Position numbers and translations under genes: made by a program. The notes under the pieces are model-generated. The model saw only the letters and a program-made list of their open reading frames with translations. It made no database searches and was not told the origin of the DNA. Shown one piece after another: positions 63,601-64,000 of a DNA stretch of 64,000 nt. How positions within the stretch are numbered: position 1 is the first letter of the stretch; each line of letters starts with the position of its first letter. Source of the stretch: Harriotta raleighana (Eukaryota); the NCBI GenBank assembly GCA_050575255.1, contig JBNZDD010013714.1, positions 6,978,412-7,042,411 of the forward strand, read 5' to 3'.

Positions 63601-64000
63601 CACTGCGCATTCACGCATAAAGCTGGATCATTTCCCTTGCACTTTAAAAAAAATAAAGTCTGACTTCCTGGCCCCCGTTAATGTCACTTTCTGAACCCTG
63701 CACACACAGACAATGCACAGAAAGTGATTGGGTCACCAGAGATTGGTCCAATTTTAGTACCCAGGAAAACATCTGACTTACAGGAAGCTAGCATTTTCTA
63801 ATAGATTCTACTGTAGTTACACATGTAGCTCTCCAATGCAGATAGTTGTCTAATGTGATATTTTAATGAACCAAATGAGGATTAATACTGTTCAGGGAGC
63901 AAAGCTTGATGTATACTTCCTGTTCCACATTGCAGCATACTAAAACAAATCAGAGGTTTGTGTCTATGTAGTTTATGTGCAGAATATCACATTTTGGTTC

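Overview
AT-rich, CpG-depleted vertebrate genomic DNA with no recognisable intact protein-coding gene; it reads as a large intron or gene desert. The repeat content points (by inference) to a cartilaginous fish: a young tRNA-headed SINE with an L2-type tail, older Deu-domain SINEs, L2 and CR1 LINE 3' fragments, and one Tigger/pogo-like DNA transposon. The most unusual object is a ~1.05 kb CpG-rich insert at ~26650-27691. It joins a frameshifted, divergent histone H2B C-terminal fragment to low-complexity sequence, two captured SINE core segments and an L2-type 3' tail ending in its own (GATT)-like repeat, making it a candidate H2B-carrying composite retroposon or a retrocopy of an H2B variant. 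A Tigger-like element at 39732-40814 splits a SINE and carries a G-rich minisatellite of CCAAT/ETS/GC-box motifs. Ten single-N joins are flanked by direct duplications of ~50 bp to 1.1 kb and are most likely assembly artefacts. Almost all ORFs in the supplied track appear spurious, apart from L2 ORF2 remnants and the H2B-like fragment. All calls were made by eye, so boundaries of old repeats are approximate.
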